A DNA stretch of 64,000 bases from Camelus ferus (Eukaryota), in contig NC_045707.1 in NCBI RefSeq assembly GCF_009834535.1, positions 60,266,001 through 60,330,000 of the forward strand. The letters are read 5' to 3'. Of this stretch, positions 54,151 to 64,000 are shown piece by piece (positions within the stretch are counted from its first letter, which is position 1; each line of letters starts with the position of its first letter). Both the position numbers and the translations under genes were made by a program. The notes under the pieces are model-generated. The model worked only from the letters and a program-made list of their open reading frames with translations. It was not told the DNA's origin and made no database searches.

Positions 54151-54514
54151 TTGTATATACATAGCGTGGGAAGGAATCTCCACCACCTCCAGAGCAGGGA
54201 GCCTGCACAGCGGCTGCCCAGCTGGATTTCTCATTGCTATGAACCAATGACTGCGACGGATCTCCCGGTCTGCCCTTTTCCAAATACAAGTTTCTACTGT
54301 AGTTATCCTATACCTGGTTGATATTTTTTATCTGAGGTTTGTCAAGGGGAAGGAGGTGGTGGGCGGACAATTTGTTTTTTAATTCATAGGTCTCTGGACC
54401 AAAGGAACACATTATTTACAGTGCTTGGACTTTATCACAGATGAGGCGCCTAGGTGGAACTTTGGGTTGTTTCCTTTAGGCAGGAGGTCACGCAGATATT
54501 TGGTGGCCAGAAGG

Positions 54515-54940
54515 CAGTCAGTGGCAGAAACGGCTAGCTGTCCCAGGAGTCCTTCCTCCCTGTCCACAGTGTTAGCTTCTCACCAGGACATGCTACAGAA
54601 CCAGCGATTATGATCACAGCTGCCTTTGAGTCCAGTGTGGCCGTATGACTAGCTATTCTTTCAAGAGAATGTGAGTACAAGTAATGTATGCCCTGTCCAC
54701 AGTCTGATTTCCCTTCCACTATCTAGAAACAGAGGCCTCGGGAGCTCGGCTAAAGAGACTGCAAAGCCACAAAGGGAAGGAGCTTGCATCCCAGAGATGC
54801 CACTTACAGGAAAGCCACCTGCCGTCCTGGACCACCATTATCAGCCATTACAGGAGCAAGAGGTAAACTTCCGCTTTGTTAAAGGCACTGTAAATTTAAA
54901 GTTTCTTTGCTATGGAAGCTAGCAGCACCCTAATTAGCAT
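54515..54940 (+). mobile_element. MaLR LTR relic (MLT1-like)
   Basis: gtggccgtatgactagctattct…aatgtgagt and caagaggtaaacttccgctttgttaaaggcactg motifs. Confidence 0.55.
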
Positions 54941-55189
54941 GCTCCTGAAAGAAGTGAAGGAGAGAGAGGTACCCAGCTCTCTAGGTAAAAAGACAAGGAG
55001 CCTTTGGCACTACCTTAAAGATCTATCCAGAATCCAAACACTGCTTCCCACCTCCACCACCACCACCTGATTCCAAGTCACCTTGTGTCCCCTCTGAATT
55101 ATTTTAAAAGGAAGCAATATAAACAGACACAAATAACTTTATTTTTGCTTTTAAACATGCGATTTGTAAGCTTAGTTTGAGCTATTCAC

Positions 55190-55620
55190 AAGCAGAGGGA
55201 ACAGTAAAGGCACAGCCCTCAGGCAGTAGAATAACAAGTGTTTCCAGGGATTAACAAAGAGTAGAGTGTGGCTGAAGCCCAGCAAACAGAGGGAAAAGTT
55301 GAAGGTGATAAGATCAGAGCTGTAAAAGGAGGCCAGATCTGTAAGACCTTGTTGGCCATTGTAACGACCTTGGCGTGTACTTTGAATGAGCTGGGGAGCC
55401 ACTAGAGTGTTTGGAGAACAGGGAAGACAGTGACCTGACATTTTAGTTTGGGTCACTGTTCCTGGTGCTTAGGAGCAAATTACAGAGGGACAACATATAG
55501 AGAGGCTTATGAAAACAATCCAGGGGAGACACAAGGTGGCTTGGAGTCAGGTGGTGGTGGAGGTGGGAAGCAGTGTTTGGATTCTGGATAGATCTTTAAG
55601 GCAGTGCCAAAGGCTCCTTG
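55190..55620 (-). mobile_element. LINE-2 fragment
   Basis: gtgtggctgaagc…gaccttgttggccattgtaacgacctt…aatccagggga…ggattctggatagatctttaagg. Confidence 0.75.
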
Positions 55621-57149
55621 TCTGAAATTCAGGCATAACTGATATTTATGCTCTGGCTGGCTCATGTCAGAGAACTCTATGTGCATTGAGAACAGAAGTT
55701 GGCTCCCAGCTGCTCATAAAGTACTCGGTGTCTTCTGCAGCGGAAAGGGTGCTGCCAATGCATAACGGCATTATTGTTTCCTTATATGTATTAATAATTG
55801 ATGTGTAAAAAGTAAACAAAACTAACTGAAGGGCTTATGAATGCTTTCTGAGCTACTCAGCAGCTAAATACTTTTCATTGAGATTTAATGCTATTAAAAT
55901 ACATTCACCCTCAATGCATTCATTAATATTAACCATGAGACTGCCATTGGCCTGAGAGACAAGATTGCTTCGGGTTCTTTCAAACAGCCAACTGTCATGG
56001 TTCCAAAACAAACAAAAATGGCAGGCTACCACTTTCAATAGGAAAACTATCAAGATGTCAGTTTCATAGCCATGAAATTGAGTGACTGCGTGGAGGGTTA
56101 CCCTCTCTTACTTCTAACTGCAGATTTAACAAGGGAATCATTAGATAATGGTGAGAGTAAAATTAATTTCTTACTATGGTGCAAATTTTAATTCAACTCT
56201 TGCTTTTCCTTTTTGAAGTTTAGTCCTATAGTTACAACATGTGACGCTTCTCACTGGCAATATTGTCTGCTTCCCTCTTGTTATAAGAGATTCTCAGTTA
56301 TGCGTCAGTTGAGTTTGTACATTTTTACTCCTTTAGAAGAGTCACTGGAGAAAAGATAATCCATTTAAATTGTATTGCTCTTCAACTAGCAACTTTGCCT
56401 GGTTTAGGGTGACACTGACTGAGGTGCAATCTTTTTTTTTAAATTTTTAGTCATTAAAAGAAATCACAAGGTTCCAAAAAGTTCAGGAAGAAAGCAAATA
56501 CAAACCACCCTAAGTGGGTACTCAGGATCATGTCACTGTAATTGCAAACATCAATATAGTATTTAACCATGAAGCAAGTAAAGAAATCTGTAAAATGGGA
56601 ATACAAATTCGATTAAATTTCAGCAAACATAAGAAAATAGTAGAAGTGACCACATGGGAATATAATCAAACAATAAGAAGTCCAGTAAAACTGTGGTGTT
56701 GGACACAGGAAGAAATTCTCCCTGAGTCAAAAAGATAAGCAGAATTTAACTTCATCAGCTAAAAAAATGTTGACTGAGTGAACCAAAGAGGAATTAGAGA
56801 CAGAAACACACACACAAAGGATATCAAGTTTACTAAATACATATAAGGCCCAAGAGGGGAGAAATAAATGCAACAAAATATTAGACATTATTTGCAAAAA
56901 CAAAAAGAGGAATAAGAAAATATTCTCACTTAAACTACATAAAGTACAAGATAAAATAAAGAAAACTATGCTCTCTTACGAATAAGGACCTGCAACTTTT
57001 AAAAACAACATGAAACAAAAGAAACCATTTTGGGGGGCACACCTTTGCCCAAAACACAATCACTCTTGATGGGACTTTTATAACAGACAACATCTGGAGA
57101 GGAGAGAAAGAAAATGTAACTAAAGTATGTCATTAAAAATGCAGACCAG

Positions 57150-58410
57150 GCAGACGGAGAAGATGGCGGAGTAGAAGGACGCTCGCAGGTCACCCTCTCC
57201 CACAAATACACCAAGACCCACATCTACAGACCCACTCAGCCAACCAGAGCACCTGTGGAACTCCGACAGAACATCGCCCTCTTCAAAAGATAAAGACTGC
57301 CAAAAATCTGGTAGGAGAAAAGTAAAAAGAAAGAACAAAAGGCAAAGCAGCGCAGGACGGGTCCTGCGGGGAGGGAGCGGCAAAGGAGGACTGGCGCTCG
57401 CTGGCTGGGTCTCCCCTCTCCAACTGAGAGGCCAGCGGGACGGAGGGGGAGCCTCCGAGGCTCGGATCTGTATAGAGCAGCCCTTGACTAACAGAACTAA
57501 GTTAAACCGGCACAGAGCGTCCCCCCGACACCCAGCCTGAGACGCGGGCAGGCAGCGGCGGGCAGGGCCAGGCTGCACAAGCCGGGCGGAGGACGGAAGT
57601 GGCTGCACGGAGGCAGCCCCGGGGGAACGCAAGGGGCTGCGCCGTGGCTGTGGGTGCACAGGGCAGAACAACCTGGGCCCTCCATAAAACAGCAAGGTTG
57701 ATGTGCTCTCGGGGGAAGGGTGCACACCCCCATCTCTGAAAACCCGCGGAAAGTTTTTGGGGGAAGAGAGGCGGGGCTCAGGCACAGCCGCCATATCCTC
57801 CTCGCTGAGCACCCAGGCGGGGGCGAGGGCGAAACCTGCATCCGCACCGAAGGGCTTAGCAGCCTCAAAGGCCAGACTGAGACTGGCCCTGCAGCCCGGG
57901 GCAGATAGGATCCTTCCATCCTGGTCCCTCAGAGGACTTGCTCCACAAAGACAAACAAGGAGCTGGGTTTTGGCTCGGAGCAGGGACAGGGCTGTCCCTC
58001 GGTCTTCCCCGAGCCCACCCGCGGAGCGCCGACCAGGGCGGAGCGCGCAGCCGCACAGAGCAGCGGAGCTACCCGCGGCAGCGCAGGTAGAGGGAGAGCG
58101 GCCCCCCGCCTTTCGGGCAGGAACACAGCCCCTGACCGAGGTGCTGGGAGGGGGCACGACCTGCCCTCCTACCCGGCCAGTCTGCAACATCTGACTGCGG
58201 CATCCGGAGGGGCAGCGACCCGCCCGCCCACAGCAGAGAGCTGCACCTGACCCAGTGTTAGGAGGCGCGATCTGCTTGCCGACAGGTGCTGAGAGCATCA
58301 CAGAAGAGGGCGCCGACGGAGGGCCTCTGAAAACAGCAAGCTGAGCTTCCAAAACAGGAGGAAGACAGAAAGACTTCACATTAAAAGCACACAGACTCCA
58401 GGAGAACACC
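57150..58410 (+). promoter_or_regulatory. L1 5'UTR internal promoter / CpG-rich island with YY1 motif
   Basis: AAGATGGCGG at 57160-57169 (YY1 core at the L1 5' end). High GC with many retained CpGs compared with the rest of the window. Confidence 0.8.
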
Positions 58411-58821
58411 GACAACCCCCCCCCTTTTTTTTTAATCTGTTTTTACCTGTTCTATTTTCTATTACTCTCTTAATCTTTACTTCTTAATTCATTTCTATTT
58501 CTCTTGGGTTTTGATATCCTCCTATTGATTAGACACAGGTTTCAAATACATCTATTCATCTCCCCCCCACCCCTTTTTTTGTAAAGGTTTCAAAAGGACG
58601 TCTCAACCCGATTAATACTCTGCTTCAACTCACTCTTCTATTATTCGTTATACACTGTTTTCAAACCCTCTTTCTCCCTTCTTTTAAAATTCTTTCTCTC
58701 TCTCTCTTATTTTTCTTTCTTTTTTTCCTAAGTTCTATTCCTAAATAGGCATCAGGTAGATAAAATCCTTAAGGACCAAAATAAACAACTGATACTCCAT
58801 AAACCACAGTGCCAAAGAGGT

Positions 58822-59723
58822 ATGAGCAAGATGAAGAAGCAGAAAAACCTTTCCCAATTAAAAGAACAAGAGAAATCCCCTGAAAGAAAGATCAACGAAA
58901 TAGACATCGATAGCCTACTAGATCAAGATTTCAAAAAAGGAGTGATCGAATTGCTGAAGGAATTAAAAGAGATAGTGTTTAGAGATATAAAATATGTCAA
59001 AAATGAAATTGAAGCTATAAAGAAGAGCCAAGTAGAATGGGTAAACTCATTGACAGACATGAGGAATGATCTAATAGCTGTGCAAAGCCGACTAGATAAT
59101 GCAGAGGAACGAATTAGTGATCTAGAAGACAAGGCAATAGAAAGCACCCATTCAGAAGAACTACAAGAGAAGCAAATAAAAAATAATGAAAATAGCATAA
59201 GGGACCTATGGGATCATATAAAGCGTCCCAATCTTCGCATAATAGGGGTCCCAGAAGGAGAAGAAAGATCAAAGGGGATTAAAAAGGTTTTTGAAGAAAT
59301 CATGACTGAAAACTTCCCAAACTTAAAGAAGGAATCAGATATCCAAGTACAGGAAGCTCAGAGGGTCCCAAACAGGAAGAACCCAAATAGACCCACACCA
59401 AGACATATCATAATCAAGATGGCCAGAGTCAAGGATAAAGAAATGATTCTAAAGGCAGCAAGAGAAAAGCAAAGAGTAAGTTACAAAGGAACCCCCATAA
59501 GGCTCTCAGCTGATTTCTCTACACAAACACTACAGGCCAGAAGGGAGTGGCAAGATATATTCAAAGCCCTGAATGAAAAAAAGATGCAGCCTAGGATCCT
59601 TTATCCAGCAAGGCTATCCTTGAGGATAGAAGGAGAAATTAAGAGTTTCACAGACAAAAAAAGCTGCAGGAGTTTAGCAACACTAAACCCAAGCTAAAAG
59701 AAATATTGAAAGGGCTATTCTAA
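58822..59723 (+). CDS. LINE-1 ORF1p (RNA-binding chaperone); 1-nt frameshift near the C-terminus
   Basis: Coiled coil, NLRIIGVPEGEE, RPTPRHIIIK, PIRLSADFS, ARREW and ILYPARLS motifs. The A7 run at 59656-59662 is one A short; adding it reads KKKLQEFSNTKPKLKEILKGLF* to the TAA at 59721-59723. Confidence 0.9.
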
Positions 59724-60128
59724 ATAGAAAAGCAGCAGGATGCTACAGAAATGAGAAACACACAACTGGAAAGGTGATAACTCATGAATTACAAATAAAG
59801 TAAACATGAAATTATAAAAGAAGACATTCAAATCACTGAGAGTGGGAGAGGGAGGCAGGGAAATATAGAATATTTTTTTCTTTCTTTTTTAAATTTTTTT
59901 AACAGTAGGATGGGTTTGAGATCATGTTACTATCAGTTTAATAAAAACAGTTATAGTAATGGGTTGATAGATTTACAAAAAAAGGGTAACCACAAGCCAA
60001 AAATTTACAAAGGAGTCACAAAAATTAAATAAAATCCATGGTAATACAAAGGAAAATTACCAAACCACAAAAGGAAGAAGAAAGGAACAAAGAGGATATA
60101 CCAATTCAACTGCAAAGATAAGTTCAAA

Positions 60129-63100
60129 ATGGCAATAAACACACATCTATCATTAATTACTGTAAATGTTAATGGACTAAATGCTCCAGTCAAAAGACAC
60201 AGAGTGGCAGACTGGATAATAAAGCAAGAGCCTTCAATATGCTGCATACAAGAGACCCACTTTAGGGAGAAGGACACATATAGATTGAGAGTGAAAGGAT
60301 GGAAAAGGATATTCCATGCAAATGGAAAAGCCAAAAAAGCAGGTGTTGCAGTACTGATTTCAGACAAAATAGACTTTAAAACAAAGGCCATAAAGAAAGA
60401 TAAAGAAGGACATTTTATAATGATTAAAGGAGTGATACAAGATGAGGATATTACACTCGTTAATATATATGCACCCAATATAGGAGCACCTAAGTACATA
60501 CAAGAATTACTAACAGAGATAAAGGGGGATATTGATGGGAATACAATCATAGTTGGAGATTTTAACACTGCATTAACATCACTAGACAGATCTTCCAGAC
60601 AGAAAATAAACAAGGCAACAGAGAAATTAAATACTACAATAGAAAAACTAGATTTGGTGGATATTTTCAGAGCATTACACCCCCCAAAAATAGGATATAC
60701 ATTCTTTTCAAGTGCACATGGAACATTTTCCAGGATCGATCATGTACTTGGGCACAAAAGAAACCTCAACAATTTTAAGAAGATAGAAATTATCTCAAGC
60801 ATCTTTACTGACCACAATGCCATGAAACTGGAAATCAACAACGGAGAAACAAAGGAGAAAAAAAGGAAAGCATGGAGATTAAACAATATGTTATTGAAAA
60901 AACAATGGATCAATGAGGAAATCAAAGCTGAAATTAAAAAATACCTTGAGACAAATGATAATGAAAGCACAACCACTCAAAACCTATGGGACACAGCAAA
61001 GGCAGTGCTAAGAGGGAAGTTTATAGTGATACAGGCCTTCCTCAAAAAAGAAGAACAATCTCAAAGAAACAATTTAACCCACCACCTGAATGAATTAGAA
61101 AAAGAAGAACAAAAAAGCCCCAAAAAACAGCAGAAGGAAGGAAATAATAAAGATCAGAGAGGAATTAAATACAATGGAGATTAACAAGACCATAGAAAAA
61201 ATCAACCAAACCAAAAGCTGGTTTTTTGAAAAAGTAAATAAAATCGACAAACCTCTGGCCAAAGTCACAAAGAAGAAAAAAGAGAGAGCACAAATTAGCA
61301 AAATAAGAAAGGAAAATGGAGAAATTACAACAAACAAAATAGAAATACAGAATATCATACGAGAATATTATGAAAAACAATACGGAACCAAACTGGATAA
61401 CCTAGAGGAGATGGACAAGTTTCTGGAAACATACTGTCCACCAAAACTGAATCAAGAAGAATCTGAACGCTTGAACAATCCGATCACTAGAAAGGAAATA
61501 GAAATAGCAATTAAAAACCTCCCTACAAATAAAAGTCCAGGACCGGAAGGCTTCACCGGGGAATTCTACCAAACATACAAAGAAGAACTCATACCAGTCC
61601 TTCTCAAACTCTTCCAGACGATTGAAAAGGAGGGAATACTCCCAAACTCATTCTATGAAGCCACCATCACCCTGATACCAAAACCAGGCAAAGACACTAC
61701 AAAAAAAGAGAATTATAGGCCAATATCACTGATGAACATAGACGCCAAAATCCTCACCAAAATTTTAGCAAATAGAATCCAACAACACATAAAAAAGATT
61801 ATACATCATGACCAAGTGGGGTTCATCCCAGGGACACAAGGCTGGTTCAACATATGAAAATAAATCAGTGTAATACATCACATCAACAAGAGAAAGGACA
61901 AAAACCACATGATCACCTCAATCGATGCAGAAAAAGCATGTGATAAAATTCAACACCCATTTATGATAAAAACTCTCGCCAAAGTGGGTATAGAGGGAAC
62001 ATATCTCAACATAATAAAAGCTATATATGACAAACCTACAGCCAGCATAGTACTCGACGGTGAAAAACTCAAAAGCTTCCCACTAAAATCTGGGACAAGA
62101 CAAGGATGCCCACTATCACCACTCCTATTCAACATAGTCCTGGAAGTCCTAGCCACAGCAGTCAGGCAAGAGAAAGAAATAAAAGGGATCCAAATTGGAA
62201 AAGAAGAGGTAAAAGTGTTATTATATGCTGATGACATATTACTATATATAGAAAACCCTAAAAGGTCCACACAAAAGCTACTAGAGCTGAGTGAAGAATT
62301 CAGCAAGGTAGCAGGTTACAAAATTAACGTTCAAAAATCAGTTGCATTTCTTTACACTAATGATAAATCAACAGAAGAAGAAAGTAAAGAAACAATCCCC
62401 TTTAAAATAGCACCCAAAGTAATAAAATATCTGGGAATAAATCTAACCAAGGAGGTGAAAGAATTATACACAGAAAACCATAAACCATTGATGAAGGAAA
62501 TTAAAGAAGACTTTAAAAAATGGAAAGATATTCCATGCTCTTGGATTGGAAGAATCAATATTGTTAAAATGGTCACACTGCCCAAGGCAATCTACAGATT
62601 TAATGCAATCCCTATCCAATTACCCAGGACATATTTCACAGAACTAGAAAAAATCATAATAAAATTCATATGGAACCATCAAAGACCTAGAATTGCCAAA
62701 GCGTTACTGAAGAGAAAGAAAGAGGCTGGAGGAATAACTCTCCCAGACTTCAGACAATACTATAGAGCTACAGTCATCAAGACAGCATGGTATTGGTACC
62801 AAAACAGACATATAGACCAATGGAACAGAATAGAGAGCCCAGAAATGAACCCACAAACTTTTGGTCAACTCATCTTTGACAAAGGAGGCAAGAATATACA
62901 TTGGAATAAAGACAGTCTCTTCAGCAAATGGTGTTGGGAAAACTGGACAGCAGCATGTAAAACAATGAAGCTAGAACACTCCCTTACACCATATACAAAA
63001 ATCAACTCAAAATGGATTAAAGACTTAAACATAAGACAAGATACAATAAACCTCCTAGAGGAAAACATAGGCAAAACATTATCTGACATACATCTCAAAA

Positions 63101-63928
63101 ATTTTCTCCTAGAAGAAATAAAAGCAAGAATAAACAAATGGGACCTAATGAAACTTACAAGCTTCTGCACAGCAAAGGAAACCAGAAATAAAACAAGAAG
63201 AAAACCTACGGAATGGGAGAAAATTTTTGCAAGTGAAACCGACAAAGGCTTGATCTCCAGAATATATAAGCAGCTCATATGACTCAATAAGAAGAAAATA
63301 AACAACCCAATCCAAAAATGGGCAGAAGACCTAAACAAGCAATTCTCCAAGGAAGACATACAAATGATCAAAAAGCACATGAAAAAATGCTCAATATCAC
63401 TAATTATCAGAGAAATGCAAATCAAAACTACAATGAGGTTATCACCTCACACCAGTCAGAATGGCCGTCATTCAAAAATGCACAAATGACAAATGCTGGA
63501 GAGGCTGTGGAGAAAGGGGAACCCTCCTACACTGCTGGTGGGAATGCAGTTTGGTGCAGCCACTATGGAAAACAGTGTGGAGATTCCTCAAAAGACTAGG
63601 AATAGACTTACCATATGACCCAGGAATCCCACTCCTGGGCTTGTATCCAGAAGGAAATCTACTTCAGGATGACACCTGCACCCCAATGTTCATAGCCGCA
63701 CTATTTACCATAGCCAAAACATGGAAACAGCCTAAATGTCCATCAACAGGTGACTGGGTAAAGAAGAGGTGGTATATTTATACAATGGAATACTACTCAG
63801 CCATAAAAACCGACAACATAATGCCATTTGCAGCAACATGGATGCTCCTGGAGAATGTCATTCTAAGTGAAGTAAGCCAGAAAGAGAAAGAAAAATACCA
63901 TATGAGATCGCTCATATGTGGAATCTAA
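60129..63928 (+). pseudogene. LINE-1 ORF2p (APE endonuclease, reverse transcriptase, Cys-rich domain), disrupted
   Basis: NVNGLN, QETH, GDFN, RIDH, QGCPLSP, YADD (62224-62235), YLGINL and CWRGC…HCWWEC motifs. Lesions: +1 frameshift at ~61122-61127, stops at 61855, 61861 and 63280, and a +1 frameshift at ~63439. Confidence 0.95.
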
Positions 63929-64000
63929 AAAACAAAAACAAAAACAAACAAACAAACAAAAACAAAGCATAAATAAAGGACAGAAATAGACTCACAGACA

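Larger units (their letters stand above)
57150..64000 (+). mobile_element. Near full-length young LINE-1 (3' end runs past the window)
   Basis: L1 endonuclease site TT/AAAA at 57133-57139, CpG-rich 5'UTR, ORF1, spacer, ORF2 (EN, RT, Cys domain) and the start of the 3'UTR. Confidence 0.97.

Noticed and set aside
60005..63425. Minus-strand hydrophobic ORFs (60005-60613, 61950-62306, 62865-63425)
   Set aside because: These are typical antisense shadows of the A-rich L1 ORF2.
1..64000. Prokaryotic-type systems (CRISPR, operons, defence islands) and host-gene orientation inferred from L1 strand bias
   Set aside because: The sequence is clearly mammalian with no repeat-spacer array, and L1 orientations are mixed and too few to infer a transcription unit.

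Overview
This is AT-rich, repeat-dense mammalian genomic DNA, probably camelid: it carries a tRNA-Ala-headed SINE and laurasiatherian-type L1s, and I saw no Alu, B1, Bov-A or SINEC elements. I could not identify any spliced protein-coding gene. The main elements are: (1) an intronless, GC-rich, highly diverged cTAGE/MIA2-like retrocopy at 17683-20297, bounded by a perfect 12-bp target-site duplication (TSD). It has one frameshift-free ~500-codon frame with a lost start and two nonsense codons, and two nested A-rich tails, suggesting a retrocopy of an expressed retrogene. (2) A young, near full-length but disabled LINE-1 from ~57150 to the window end, with a CpG-rich 5'UTR carrying a 431-codon antisense open frame, ORF1, a 405-bp spacer and ORF2. 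(3) A TSD-flanked U6 snRNA retropseudogene. (4) Many truncated L1, HAL1, L2, MIR, MaLR/ERVL LTR and hAT relics, including a twin-primed L1 and an ultra-short L1 tip. Repeat subfamily names and homology calls come from recalled consensus sequences, not from a database search.
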